A stretch of DNA of 64,000 nucleotides, from positions 32,001 through 96,000 of the forward strand of contig CAVXWZ010000001.1 in assembly GCA_963765575.1 (NCBI GenBank), read 5' to 3'. The notes beneath the pieces were generated by a model. It was not told where the DNA came from and made no database searches. It saw only the letters and a list, made by a program, of their open reading frames with translations. Positions 51,996 through 62,271 of this stretch are shown here, one piece after another. Each line of letters opens with the position of its first letter. Positions within the stretch are counted from its first letter, which is position 1. The DNA is from an uncultured cyanobacterium. Its GTDB lineage: Bacteria; Cyanobacteriota; Cyanobacteriia; PCC-6307; Cyanobiaceae. A program made the translations under genes and the position numbers.

Positions 51996-52806
51996 GGGCC
52001 TCCAGGCCCCAGGCGGCCGCCAGGCGGTCGAGCCGTTCCTGCGCCTCGGGGTCGCTCTGACGGCTGCGGGCCTCAGCCAGCGTCTCCTGGGCCGTTGCCA
52101 GCTTCCCTTGGCTGTGTTGCAGCAGCGCCCGCGCCAGCAGGGGCCTGGCATCGGCCGGGAAAATTGTTGTCAGTCGGATCAGCTGGGCCTCCGCCGCGCC
52201 GGCCTGGCCCAACTGCTCATGCACATTGGCCAGCAGGAGTCCGATGGGCAGGGCTTCGGGCTTGAGCTGCGGGGCGATGGCGCGCTGCATCGCCGCCTCC
52301 AGCTGACCGCGGGCCTCCGCTCCACGGCCACTTTCGAGCTGCAGCAGCGCCATCAGCTGCAGGGCTTCCACCTGGTCCGGCCGCTGCCTGAGCAACTGGC
52401 GCAGTTCGCGCTCGGCGCCCTGCGGGTCGTCCTGATCCCGGCGCAGCTCCGCCAGCAGCAGTCGCAGGGACCAGCGCTCGGGGTCCTCATCGGCCAGCCG
52501 CTCCAGCAGTGCGGTGGCCTCCTCCTGGCGATCGAGCGCCACCAGCAGCTCCAGCAGCCGTTGCTCCTCATCGGCGCTGGCCTGCCCATCCTCCAGGCGT
52601 CGGCGCAGCTCCTTTGCCTGCTGCTCCAGGGCGGGCCTGGGGCCGCCAGCACCGGCGGCGAGCTGGCGCTGGCCCAGCCACCAGCCGGCCCCCAGGGAGA
52701 AGGCGGCCAGGGTTGCGGCCAGCAAGCCCAGCCCCAGGCCCCGCGGCAGCGGCACCCGCACCCCGGTGAATCGAGCCCCGGCGGATCGTTGGGGGGGACT
52801 GGGCAT
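51925..52806 (-). CDS. tetratricopeptide repeat protein with N-terminal membrane anchor
   Basis: One TM helix followed by TPR-like repeats (WSLRLLLAEL, VEALQLMALL, ARPLLARALL). Confidence 0.8.
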   Translation of the reverse strand: MPSPPQRSAGARFTGVRVPLPRGLGLGLLAATLAAFSLGAGWWLGQRQLAAGAGGPRPALEQQAKELRRRLEDGQASADEEQRLLELLVALDRQEEATALLERLADEDPERWSLRLLLAELRRDQDDPQGAERELRQLLRQRPDQVEALQLMALLQLESGRGAEARGQLEAAMQRAIAPQLKPEALPIGLLLANVHEQLGQAGAAEAQLIRLTTIFPADARPLLARALLQHSQGKLATAQETLAEARSRQSDPEAQERLDRLAAAWGLEALRAPGSASSPESTVPAEEPPQSP

Positions 52807-52904
52807 CGGCGCGCTGGCGAGCCTGAGCGGCGTCTCAACGGGGAGTCTGGCCCCCACTGGTGCCCTGTCGCCTCAGCCGCAGCCAACCCCTTTACATTGG
52901 CGCC

Positions 52905-53684
52905 ATGCGCGACCATCCCATCTCACCGGTCACCGAACCGCTGCAGTACCGGGCCATTGGTGTGGTGCGGGGCCTCTACGTTCCCGCCGATGCCGAGCAG
53001 CTCACCCGCGGGGCGATCCACACCGACGACGGCCAGGAGCTGGAGGCCGTGGTGCTGGGCCGTCTGCTCACCCTGATGCGCCGGCACCTCGACCTGGCCC
53101 AGCCCCACCTCTGGGTGGTGTATCCCCGCAGCCGCGAGGATGGTGGTCTGCACCTGCAGATGGTGGGCATCTGGGAACCGAGCACCCTGGCTGCTGCCGC
53201 CCAGGAGCCTGAGGCTGGCGCTGGAGCGGAGCAGGCCCCCCCCAGCGACGCTCTGCCCGAGGGCGACGACTACTTCTCCGTGCGCGGCGAGCTGGTGTTC
53301 ACCAAGCCGGAAACCGGCGACCTGGTGGTGAAGGTGCGCCAGCTGCCCCGCTCTGACGGCCAGCGGCCGGCCCCGTTCAAGCTGCAGCTGCGCGGCGATG
53401 TGCCCCTGCAGCACCTGCGCCATTTCGTGGCCCTCGATCTGCGCCGCCAGGACCAGACCCTGGCTGTGGAGGCGCTGGAGGTGATCGCTCCGGTGTCCCA
53501 GCGCGGCAACCGCGGCGGCAAGGAGCGACCCGGCAAAGACCGCGGCGGCAAGGAGCGTGGTGGCAAGGAGCGCGGCCCTCGCCGTGACAGCCGCCCCCAG
53601 GGCGCTCGCCAGGGGGATCACCAGGGCAGTCCGTTGCCGGAGGCGCGGGGGCCCCGCTCCGCCGTCGTCCGTCCCAGCCGCTGA
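52905..53684 (+). CDS. conserved cyanobacterial hypothetical protein
   Basis: HPISPVTEPLQYRAIG, HLWVVYPR, LHLQMVGIWEP, YFSVRGE; basic low-complexity tail. Confidence 0.85.
   Translation: MRDHPISPVTEPLQYRAIGVVRGLYVPADAEQLTRGAIHTDDGQELEAVVLGRLLTLMRRHLDLAQPHLWVVYPRSREDGGLHLQMVGIWEPSTLAAAAQEPEAGAGAEQAPPSDALPEGDDYFSVRGELVFTKPETGDLVVKVRQLPRSDGQRPAPFKLQLRGDVPLQHLRHFVALDLRRQDQTLAVEALEVIAPVSQRGNRGGKERPGKDRGGKERGGKERGPRRDSRPQGARQGDHQGSPLPEARGPRSAVVRPSR
53511..53577 (+). repeat. imperfect 15-nt coding repeat (RGGKE-like, four copies)
   Basis: RGGKE RPGKD RGGKE RGGKE RG. Confidence 0.75.
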
Positions 53685-53686
53685 CC

Positions 53687-54412
53687 ATGGCCCTGTGGGA
53701 GGCCACCAGCGGCACCTGGATCAACCTGCTGGCCGTGGCCATTGGCTCGGTGGTGGGGGCTGCCCTGGGCTCCCGCATCAGCCTCGCTCTCGCCCAGCAG
53801 TGGCGCCGCTGGCTGGGGGTGGTGACGCTGCTGCTCGCCGTGCAGATGGTGCAGCCCCTCTGGCAGCAGCGCCTGGGGCCCATCCCGGCCGTGTTGCCGG
53901 CGTTGCTGGCCGTGGTGGTGGGGGTGAGCGCGGGTGAGGCGCTGGCGCTGGAGCGTCGGCTGGGGGCCTGGCTGCACCGTGCTGGCAGTCCGGCCCCGGG
54001 CTCGAGCCCCCACATCCTGGCCGGCACCTTCGTGCTCTTCTGCCTGGGCCCGATGACCCTGGTGGGCTGCCTGCGCAACGGCGCCCTGGGGGAGCCCGAC
54101 CTGTTGCTGGTCAAGGCCGGCCTGGACGGCGTCAGCTCGGCCCTGCTGGCGGCGGGCGTGGGCCTGGCGCTGGCCTGGGTGCTGCTGCCCATGGCCGTGC
54201 TGCAGTTCGCGCTCTCCGGTCTCGGCGTGCTGATGGCCGGCGGCCTGAGCGATCCCATGGCGGCCCCAGCCGTGGCCTTCACCGCCGCCCTCGGCGGCCT
54301 GCTGGTGCTGAGCCTGGCCCTGGAGCTGCTGGAGCTGCCCCATCCCTCCAGCGTCAACGCCCTGCCGGCCCTGCTGCTCGGTCCGTTGCTGGGCTGGGGG
54401 GTGCAGCCATGA
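53687..54412 (+). CDS. DUF554 family membrane protein
   Basis: GTWINLLAV, LFCLGPMTLVG, LLVKAGLDG, VNALPAL. Confidence 0.9.
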   Translation: MALWEATSGTWINLLAVAIGSVVGAALGSRISLALAQQWRRWLGVVTLLLAVQMVQPLWQQRLGPIPAVLPALLAVVVGVSAGEALALERRLGAWLHRAGSPAPGSSPHILAGTFVLFCLGPMTLVGCLRNGALGEPDLLLVKAGLDGVSSALLAAGVGLALAWVLLPMAVLQFALSGLGVLMAGGLSDPMAAPAVAFTAALGGLLVLSLALELLELPHPSSVNALPALLLGPLLGWGVQP

Positions 54413-55052
54413 CCTCCCCCCTGGCCGCCGGCATCGCCGTGGCCGTGATCAGCTTGCTGGCGGTGGTGGGTCCGCTGCTGGGCCTCTCGCCCGCCTGGAT
54501 CGTCGTGCTGGTCGTCGCCGCCCTGGGGGCGCTCACCTCGATGCGGCCAGCTTCTCGGGCCGCGGCGGCCACCTGCTGGCCGAGACCCTGCCCGGCGGCG
54601 AGGGCCGGCTGCGGCGCATCGCCGTGCATGAGGCCGGCCATGTGCTGCTGGCGGCCGAGGAGCAGCTGCCGGTGCGGCGGGTGCTGGTGGGCAGCCTGGC
54701 CTGTCTGCAGGTGGGGCTGGCCGCCGGCGGCAGCACTGAATTCGATCCCCCCGACCACGCCAAGCTTCCGCTTGAAGACCTGCGCCGCTGGAGCCGGGTG
54801 CTGCAGGCCGGCATGGCCGCTGAGCAGCTGATCTACGGCGGCAGTGTCGGCGGCGCCGATGACCGGGCGCTGCTGGGCCGTCTGTGGGGACTGTCCGGCC
54901 ACGACGTGGCCACCGCCCAGCGGGAGCAGCGCCGCGCCCGCCGCGAGATCGACCAGCAGCTGCGCCGCCGCCGCCCGGAGCTGGAGGCCGAGGCCGCCCG
55001 GCTGCTGGCGGGCGCCCCGCGCCTCGGCCGCAGCCAAGTCCAGGAGGCCTGA
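54409..55052 (+). CDS. membrane-anchored peptidase M41-like protein (HExxH); -1 frameshift near 54536
   Basis: Adding one C to acc(c)tc joins the TM N-terminus to LDAASFSGRGGHLLAE...RIAVHEAGH...AGMAAE...GGADD. Confidence 0.8.
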
Positions 55053-55053
55053 G

Positions 55054-56286
55054 GTGGGCCGGCTGGCCCTGATCGACTGCCCCACCGGCCTGGCGGGCAA
55101 CATGCTGCTGGCGGCGCTGCTGGATCTGGGCGTGCCCGAGGCGGTGGTCAGCGAGCCCCTGGCGGCCCTGGGCCTGGCCGGGGCCTATCGGCTGGAGATC
55201 GAGGAACGCCGCAGCGGGGGCCTGCGCGGTCTGCACCTGGCCGTGCGGCTGCTGGAGCAGGAACCGCCGCGACGCCACTGGAGCCGCTTGCGGGTCCAGC
55301 TGGAGCGGGCCCCCATCGACGAGGCCCTGCGCCGGCGGGTGCTGGCGGTGTTCGGCCTGCTGGCCGAGGCCGAGGGGGCGGTGCATGGCCACAGCCCCGG
55401 GCAGGTGCACTTCCACGAGGTGGGGGCCGTGGATGCCCTGGTGGATGTGGTGGGGGTATGCGCCGCCCTGCTGCATCTGGGGGTGGAGCGGCTGCTGTGC
55501 ACGCCGCCGCCGGCGGGCCACGGCAGCGTGCGCACCGCCCATGGCGTGCTGCCGCTGCCGGCGCCGGCGGTGCTGGAGATCGCCCGTCGGCGCGGGGTGC
55601 CCCTGGGGGCCGCGGGCGGCCTGCCGGCCGGAGAACTCACCACCCCCACCGGCCTGGCCCTGGTGGCCTGCTGGGCGGATTGCTTTGGCCTGCCGCCCGC
55701 CCACGTGCCCCGCCAGGTGGGCGTGGGGCTGGGCAGCCGGGAGCTGGACCGCCCCAACCTCTTACGCCTGGTGCTCGCCGATGCCGTGGCTGGCGCTGGC
55801 GGCGCTGAGGGTCTGGAGCCCCGCCTGGAGACCGTGCTGGTGCAGCAGGCCCAGATCGATGACGCCACCCCCGAGGACCTGGCCTTTCTGCTCGACGCCC
55901 TGCGCCAGGCCGGCGCCCTGGAGGCCTTCAGCCAGCCGCTCACCATGAAGAAGGGCCGGCCGGGCTGGCTGGTGACGGCCCTGGGGCGGCCCGACCGCGC
56001 GGCCGCGGCGGCCCTGCGCCAGGTGTGGTGGTGCCACAGCAGCAGCCTGGGGTTGCGCGAACAGGAGCAGCGGCGCTGGGCGCTGCCCCGCCGCCAGCTC
56101 AACCTCGACACGCCCCTCGGTGCGGTGCGGCTCAAGCAGGCCCGCCGTCCCGATGGCCGCTGGAGTTCGAAGCCCGAACACGACGACCTGGTCGCCCTGG
56201 CCCGCCGCCACGACCTGTCCCTGGAGCAGGTGCGTGCCACTGTGCTCGCAGCGCTGGACCGGATGCCGCCGCCGCCGCCGCCGTGA
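55054..56286 (+). CDS. larC: LarC family nickel insertion protein
   Basis: AGGAGG then GTG; IDCPTGLAGNMLL, AEGAVHG, VHFHEVGAVD, PLPAPA, ELTTPTG, QIDD, MKKGRPG, KPEHDD. Confidence 0.92.
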   Translation: MGRLALIDCPTGLAGNMLLAALLDLGVPEAVVSEPLAALGLAGAYRLEIEERRSGGLRGLHLAVRLLEQEPPRRHWSRLRVQLERAPIDEALRRRVLAVFGLLAEAEGAVHGHSPGQVHFHEVGAVDALVDVVGVCAALLHLGVERLLCTPPPAGHGSVRTAHGVLPLPAPAVLEIARRRGVPLGAAGGLPAGELTTPTGLALVACWADCFGLPPAHVPRQVGVGLGSRELDRPNLLRLVLADAVAGAGGAEGLEPRLETVLVQQAQIDDATPEDLAFLLDALRQAGALEAFSQPLTMKKGRPGWLVTALGRPDRAAAAALRQVWWCHSSSLGLREQEQRRWALPRRQLNLDTPLGAVRLKQARRPDGRWSSKPEHDDLVALARRHDLSLEQVRATVLAALDRMPPPPPP

Positions 56287-57336
56287 AACTTCCCCCCCTG
56301 CCGCCGCTGCCGTCCCTGGCCCTGGGGTCTCGCCTGCGCCCCCTGGCCGCTCAGCTGCACCGATGGGCCGCCTGGCTGCGCCGGCTGCCCCTGCCCGGTG
56401 GGGTCTCGCTGTGGATCACCCTGCTCAGCTTCGGCTTCCTGCTGGCGGCCCTGGTGGGCCATGGCCGCCGCATGCTGCAGCTCAGCCTCGATCCCCAGGG
56501 CTGGTGGTGGCTGCTGCTGGGGGTGGGCTTCAGCCTGCTCAGCCTGGTGGTCAATGGCCTGGGGCTGGCGGCGGTGCTGCGCTGGCTGCAGCTGAGGCCC
56601 CGCTGGCCCGCCCTGGTGAGGCTCTATCTCGACACCAACCTGCGCAAGTTCCTGCCCGGCGGCATCTGGCATCTGGTGGGCCGCCTCGGGCCCCTGCGCG
56701 GCGAGGGGCCCGGTCGGCCCCCTGCAACAGCCGGCCCCCCTGACCCTGGCCCTCGTGGCGGTGCTGCTCGATCCCATGCTGGCGGCCGTGGCGGCCCTGG
56801 CCCTGGTGCCGCTGGCGGGCTGGCAGAACGGACTGGCACTGCTCTGCCTGCTGCCCCTGGCCCTGCTCTGGCCGCGTTGGCTGGCGCCGCTGCTGGCACG
56901 GCTGGAGCGCCGCCAGGCCAGACGCCTGCGGCTGGAGCCTGCGGCCCTCGCGGCGCTGGGGGAGGAACTGACGCAAGCCCTGACCGGCTATCCCTGGCCC
57001 CCCCTGCTGGTGCAGCTGGCTTTCGTGCTGCTGCGCTTCGCCGGTTTCGCCTGCTGCGTGCTGGCCTTCGATCTGCACACCTCGCTGGCCTGGAGCGGCT
57101 GGCTGGCCGGCTTTGCCCTGGCCTGGACCATCGGCCTGGTGGTGCCGGGGGCGCCCGGGGGCCTGGGGGTGTTTGAAGCGGCCCTGCTGCTGCGGCTCGG
57201 CGGCGCCATCCCCGAGGCGCCGCTGCTGGCCATCGCCCTCAGCTACCGGCTGGTGGCCACCCTGGCCGATCTGGTGGGGGCAGGCTGCGCCCGCCTCGAT
57301 CAGCAGCTGGATGGGCCTGGCCTGCCGGCGTCCTGA
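56283..57336 (+). CDS. LPG synthase-like / UPF0104 flippase-domain membrane protein; +1 frameshift near 56715
   Basis: TNLRKFLPGGIWH in the first frame; GLVVPGAPGGLGVFE and SYRL in the second. Confidence 0.82.
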
Positions 57337-57428
57337 CCCTCCTGGACCCATGGACGCACTTCGCAACTGCACCTATTGTTGAGAATTCGCGGGTGATCCT
57401 GGTGCCTGCCCCCCCCAACCCTGGATCC

Positions 57429-57881
57429 GTGGCGGCTTCCCGCAACGCCAGCGATGGGCTGCGCACCAGCCTCCATGACCGGGGGCAGCGGCTCACACCC
57501 CAGCGCCAGCGGGTGCTGGAGCTGTTTCAGCAGATCGGCGAGGGGGCTCACCTCAGCGCCGAGGAGGTGCACCAGCGGCTGCTGCGCGCCCAGGAACGGG
57601 TGTCCCTGGCCACGGTCTACCGCACCCTGCGCCTGCTCAGTTCGATGGAGTTGCTGCAGGAGCTCGAGCTGCCGGACGGGGGCCGCCGTTTCGAACTCAC
57701 CGGCGATGCCCACCGCGATCACCACCATCTGGTGTGCGTGCGCTGCGGTCGTACCGAGGAGTTCGAGAACACCGCCGTGCTGGTCGCCGGCGACGAGGCC
57801 GCCAAGGCCCACGCCTTTCGTCTGCTCGACTGCGTGCTCACGGTGCGGGCCCTCTGCCCCCGCTGTGCCGAACAGTCCTGA
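57429..57881 (+). CDS. Fur family transcriptional regulator
   Basis: RLTPQR, HLSAEE, SLATVYRTL, HHHLVCVRCG, C-terminal CPRC. Confidence 0.92.
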   Translation: MAASRNASDGLRTSLHDRGQRLTPQRQRVLELFQQIGEGAHLSAEEVHQRLLRAQERVSLATVYRTLRLLSSMELLQELELPDGGRRFELTGDAHRDHHHLVCVRCGRTEEFENTAVLVAGDEAAKAHAFRLLDCVLTVRALCPRCAEQS

Positions 57882-57892
57882 ACCCCGCCCCG

Positions 57893-59587
57893 TTGGCCCT
57901 GCCCTTCCCGGTCTGGTTGCGTTCCTACAGGCCTGAATGGCTGCGTCCCGACCTGGTGGCGGGCCTCACCGCGGCGGCGGTGGTGCTGCCCAAGGCCCTG
58001 GCCTTCGCCACCATCGCCGGCCTGCCGGTGGAGGTGGGGCTCTACACGGCCCTGGTGCCGATGGTGGTGTACGCGCTGCTGGGCAGCTCTCGGCCCCTGA
58101 GCGTGAGCACCACCACCACCCTGGCGATCCTGGTGGGCAGCGAGCTGGATCGGCTCGGTGTGGCCCAGGATCCTGCCCAGGCGCTGGCGAGCAGCGGCCT
58201 GCTGGCCCTGCTGGTGGGGCTGATGTTGCTGGCCGCCTCACTGTTGCGGCTGGGTTTTGTGGCCAGCTTCATCTCCGAGTCGGTGCTGGTGGGGTTCAAG
58301 AGCGCGATCGGCGTGGTGATCGTGGTCGACCAGTTGCCCAAATTGCTGGGGGTGTCGATCGACAAGCTGGGGCTGTTCCGGGATCTGGCGGCGCTGGTGG
58401 CGGCGTTGCCCCAGGCGTCCCTGGCCACCGTGGCCCTCTCCCTTGGGCTGGTGGCCCTGCTGATCGGCCTGGAGCGCCGTTGGCCCCGTCTGCCGGCGCC
58501 GCTGCTGGTGGTGGTGGTGGCGATCCTGCTCACCGCCGGGCTGGGTCTGCCGGAGCGCGGCGTGGACGTGGTGGGGGCCATCCCCAGTGGGCTGCCGGCC
58601 TTTCAACTGCCTTTCCTCAACAGCGCAGGCCCATCCCCCCTGGCCCTGGCCAACCAGCTGTGGCCGGCCGCGGCCGGCATCGCCGTGATGAGCTTCACCG
58701 AGAGCGCCGCGGCCTCGCGGGCCTTCCGCGAGATGGGCGAACCGGCGCCGAATGCCAATCAGGATCTGCTGGCCCTTGGCGCCGCCAACCTGTTGGGGGC
58801 CTGCTTCGGCGCGATGGCGGCGGGCGGCGGCACCTCCCAGACCGCCGTGAACCGCAACGCCGGCGCCCGCACCCAGCTGGCCGCGATAGTCACGGCGGCC
58901 GCCACGCTGGCCACCCTGTTGGTGCTGGCGCCCCTCATCGCCCTGATGCCCCAGGCCGCCCTGGCCGTGGTGGTGATCGCCTATGCCCTGGCGATGATCG
59001 CGCCGGCTGAATTCCTGGCGATCCGCCGCGTGCGGGCCCCGGAGTTCCGCTGGGCGGTGGTGGCCTTTCTGGGAGTGGTGTTCCTCGGCACCCTGGAGGG
59101 CATCCTGGTGGCGGTGGTGTTGTCGCTGCTGTCGCTGGCGCAGCAGGAGGTCAACCCTGCCGTGTATGAGATGGGTCGTAAGCCGGGCACGGATGGGTTT
59201 CGCCCTGTCTCGCCCCAGCACCCAGAGGATGAAACCTGGCCAGGGCTGTTGATCCTCCATCCCGAAGGTCGGCTCTTCTTTGCCAATGCGGAGGCCGTGT
59301 CCAGCCGCATGCGGCAACGGATCCATCGCGACAGGCCCAGGGTGGTGGTGCTGGATGGCAGCGCGGTGATCGACCTGGAGTACTCGGCGCTCAAGGCCCT
59401 GGTGGAGGCCGAGCGCCGGTTGCGCCGCGATGGCACCGAGCTGTGGATGGCTGGGCTGAATCCGGATGTGCTGAAGGTGGTGCGCCGCTCCGAGCTGGGC
59501 AGCCGCCTCGGGCCGGGCCGGCTCCACCTCACTGTGGAGCGCGCCGTGGAGCGTTTCCTGCAGCACGAGGCCGGCGACGGCTCCTGA
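57893..59587 (+). CDS. SulP family anion transporter with STAS domain (second copy)
   Basis: DLVAGLT, GLYTALVP, LGSSRPL, GARTQLA, LFFANA; TTG start assumed. Confidence 0.9.
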   Translation: MALPFPVWLRSYRPEWLRPDLVAGLTAAAVVLPKALAFATIAGLPVEVGLYTALVPMVVYALLGSSRPLSVSTTTTLAILVGSELDRLGVAQDPAQALASSGLLALLVGLMLLAASLLRLGFVASFISESVLVGFKSAIGVVIVVDQLPKLLGVSIDKLGLFRDLAALVAALPQASLATVALSLGLVALLIGLERRWPRLPAPLLVVVVAILLTAGLGLPERGVDVVGAIPSGLPAFQLPFLNSAGPSPLALANQLWPAAAGIAVMSFTESAAASRAFREMGEPAPNANQDLLALGAANLLGACFGAMAAGGGTSQTAVNRNAGARTQLAAIVTAAATLATLLVLAPLIALMPQAALAVVVIAYALAMIAPAEFLAIRRVRAPEFRWAVVAFLGVVFLGTLEGILVAVVLSLLSLAQQEVNPAVYEMGRKPGTDGFRPVSPQHPEDETWPGLLILHPEGRLFFANAEAVSSRMRQRIHRDRPRVVVLDGSAVIDLEYSALKALVEAERRLRRDGTELWMAGLNPDVLKVVRRSELGSRLGPGRLHLTVERAVERFLQHEAGDGS

Positions 59588-59628
59588 GCGGGGCATCATG
59601 GGCGCCGGCCGTGCTGAGATCACGAAGG

Positions 59629-60655
59629 ATGTGGCGTTCCCTGGTTTCAGGCCTGCTGCTGGCCCCGCTGTACTGGCTGCCGGCTGCTCCAGCTGCGGCC
59701 CAGATCCAACCCCTGCCCTCCTGGAACGAGGGCGCTGCGCGCCAGCGCATCCTTCAGTTCGTGGCGGCGGTGACGACACCGGGTGGCCCTGACTACGTGG
59801 CGCCGGCGGAGCGCATCGCCGTGTTTGACAACGACGGCACGCTCTGGGCGGAGCAACCGATGTATGTGCAGCTGGCCTTCGCCATCGATCGAGCCCGCAC
59901 GCTGGTGAGTCAGCAACCTGAGCTGGCCGCCCATCCGGTGCTGGCTGCGGCCGCTGCGGCCGGTCAAGCTGAGGCGATGCCCAGCATGGGCATCCCAGAG
60001 CTGCTGGAGCTGGTGGCCCTCACCCATGCGGGTATGGATGCCGAGGCGTTCCGGGAGCTGGTCGGCGACTGGTTCGCCAGCGCCTGCCATCCCACCTGGA
60101 AGCGTTCCTATCGCGCGCTCACCTACCAGCCGATGCGGGAGTTGCTCGACTACCTGAGGAGCCACGGATTCCAGACCTACATCGTCTCCGCTGGTGGCGT
60201 GGAGTTCGTTCGGGTGGTGAGCGAGGAGCTCTACGGCATTCCCCCCGAGCAGGTGATCGGCTCGCTCGTGGCCAGCCGCTATGCCCTCCAGGACGGGCTG
60301 CCGACGATCCTCCGCCAGGCGGAGGTGCAGCTGATCAACGACGGGGCCATCAAGCCCGTGATGATCGAGCAGGTGATCGGCCGTCAGCCCATTGCCGCCT
60401 TCGGCAATTCCGATGGCGACTTCGAAATGCTGGAGTGGACCACCAGCCAGCCTGGGGCCGAGCCTGGGGCTGATCGTGCACCACGACGACCCGGAGCGGG
60501 AGGTGGCCTACGACAGCCCGTCGTCCATTGGCCGCCTCGATCGGGCCCTCAAGGAAGCGCCCGGGAGGGGCTGGATGGTGGTGTCGATGCGCGACGACTG
60601 GGCCCGGGTGTTTGCCGATCCTCCAGCCCGACCTCTGGAGGCTGAGTGCCCCTGA
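59629..60655 (+). CDS. exported HAD family hydrolase/phosphatase; +1 frameshift near 60454
   Basis: Signal peptide, LPSWNEG, VFDNDGTLW, IVSAGG, FGNSDGD; C-terminal VHHDD..RE.AYD and VSMRDDW lie in the shifted frame. Confidence 0.85.
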
Positions 60656-60713
60656 CGCAGTCGCGCCTGGGCCGGCGGTCATCGGTTCAGATCCTGCTCA
60701 AGACTTCCTCTCC

Positions 60714-61202
60714 TTGGACCAGCTTGCAGCCGCCCTGCCCGGCCTCACTCTGTTCGCGATCATGTTCGCCCTGGGGCTTGGCCTGCAGCCCCAGGCCCTG
60801 GAGCAGATCCGCCGGCGACCCGCCCTGGTGCTGCGGGTGCTGATCGGCTCCTGTGTGCTGGTGCCGCTGGTGGTGGACCTGTTCCGGGCCACGTTCGCCA
60901 TCCAGGGTTGGGACATCGGCCCCCGGGCTGGGTGGAGAGGCTTGAGCTGCCCCTCAACAGGCTGGCCAATGAGCTGTTCCAGCTGCTCGTGGTGATGGTG
61001 ATCAAGGCCGGCTCCCGGCGAGCGGCTCACCGTGGCGCTGGTTATCTCGATGCGCAATCCGGGCCTGGCCCTGGTGTTCGCGGCCACCTACGGCGCCGCG
61101 GTCCCTGGACTCAAGCTGGCTGTGCTGGTCTACCTGCTGGTCACCGTGCTGCTCTCGATTCCCTTCGTGCGCTGGCAGAAGAGCCAGCTGCAGCCGGTCT
61201 GA
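60714..61202 (+). pseudogene. bile acid:sodium symporter (BASS) family gene with multiple internal deletions
   Basis: TLFAIMFALGLGL...SCVLVPL, a middle piece LELPLNRLAN, and C-terminal ISMRNPGLAL lie in three frames. Total length is far short of a full BASS protein. Confidence 0.8.
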
Positions 61203-62187
61203 GGGGCTGTTCCCCTGGGTTCCCTCCCGCCAGGGTGTCGCAGGGCCGCTCCCCGAACAGGTCGGCGTAGTGCCTGGCGAAGTGCCCATGGTTGAAAAAG
61301 CCCCATTGGGCGGCGAGCGCGCCGATCGCCGCCTGGCTTGGATCGGCCCCCAGGAGTTCCTGGCGGATGCCATGCAGGCGCTGAAGCCGCAGATAGGTGA
61401 TCGGGCCCATCCCCAGGTGCTCCCGGAACCCCTGGATCAGGCTGCGCCGGCTCGTGTGCACCTCCCGGCAGAGGCCCTCCAGGTGGATGGGCTGGCCAGG
61501 GTGGGCCTGCATCCAGTGCTGGGCCGCCTTCACCAGCTCGATGCGGGAGGGGGGCCGGGCCAGCCCGCCGCTGGCGGCTCCGCCATGCACCAGGGCCTCC
61601 AGCATCAGGGGGGTCAGGTCGCTGCTCACCAGGGACCCGAACCCGGCCACCTGCTCCAGGGACGGGTCGGCCTCCAGCGCTGCGAACAGCTGGCGCAGGT
61701 AACGCCTCAGCCGGGTGAACCGCAGGGGGTCCACGGTGAGCCAGTTGCTGGCCAGCGCCCCCTCCAACACTGGACAGCCGAGCTGGTCGGCCCGGCGCAA
61801 GAAGGCCTCCCGCTCGATCAGCAGCAGGGCCAGGTTGCAGCGGCCAAAGGTGGTGAGATGGATCTCGCCGGAGCCAGAGAGCCCGAACAGGGCCCTGGGC
61901 AGCAGCGGTTGGCCATGGCTGCGGATCGCGGCTGGCGAGGGTTCGCCTTTGGGCGGCTCCCCCTCCAGATCGAGCGCCACGAGCTGGCGGTCAGCCGGCT
62001 TGGAGCCGGCGCAGTGGATGGCGCCGTCGAGGCGAATGCGCAGCAGCCGCAGTTCCCCCAGCCCCAGGGGCAACAGATCGCCATGCAGCCCGCCCCGGGC
62101 GAGCTGGGTCACTGTCACCGGCAGACCACCGCCGGCTAGCTGGGCCTGCAGGCACTCGACGCTGTCAACGGTCAGGGGGGCAGCCAT
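61141..62187 (-). CDS. AraC family (EutR-like) transcriptional regulator
   Basis: TQLARG, LCREVHTSRRSL..GFREHLGMGP..YLRLQRL, AAQWGF...GHFA..Y..LFGERP; divergent from the sulfatase. Confidence 0.9.
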   Translation of the reverse strand: MAAPLTVDSVECLQAQLAGGGLPVTVTQLARGGLHGDLLPLGLGELRLLRIRLDGAIHCAGSKPADRQLVALDLEGEPPKGEPSPAAIRSHGQPLLPRALFGLSGSGEIHLTTFGRCNLALLLIEREAFLRRADQLGCPVLEGALASNWLTVDPLRFTRLRRYLRQLFAALEADPSLEQVAGFGSLVSSDLTPLMLEALVHGGAASGGLARPPSRIELVKAAQHWMQAHPGQPIHLEGLCREVHTSRRSLIQGFREHLGMGPITYLRLQRLHGIRQELLGADPSQAAIGALAAQWGFFNHGHFARHYADLFGERPCDTLAGGNPGEQPLRPAAAGSSASARRESRAAR

Positions 62188-62271
62188 GAATCACAATTTC
62201 GCACTTTCTGAGTGGTCGCCCCTGGCCTCCCTGGCCACAGTGCGGGAGCACTGTTCCCCTTCTCCGCCTCC

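Noticed and set aside
53377..56777. 775-aa and 530-aa minus-strand ORFs
   Set aside because: Low-complexity Arg/Pro/Ala shadows opposite DUF554, the peptidase and larC.
57375..57390. TTGAGAAT upstream of the Fur family gene as a Fur box
   Set aside because: Only a half-site, with no matching inverted half.
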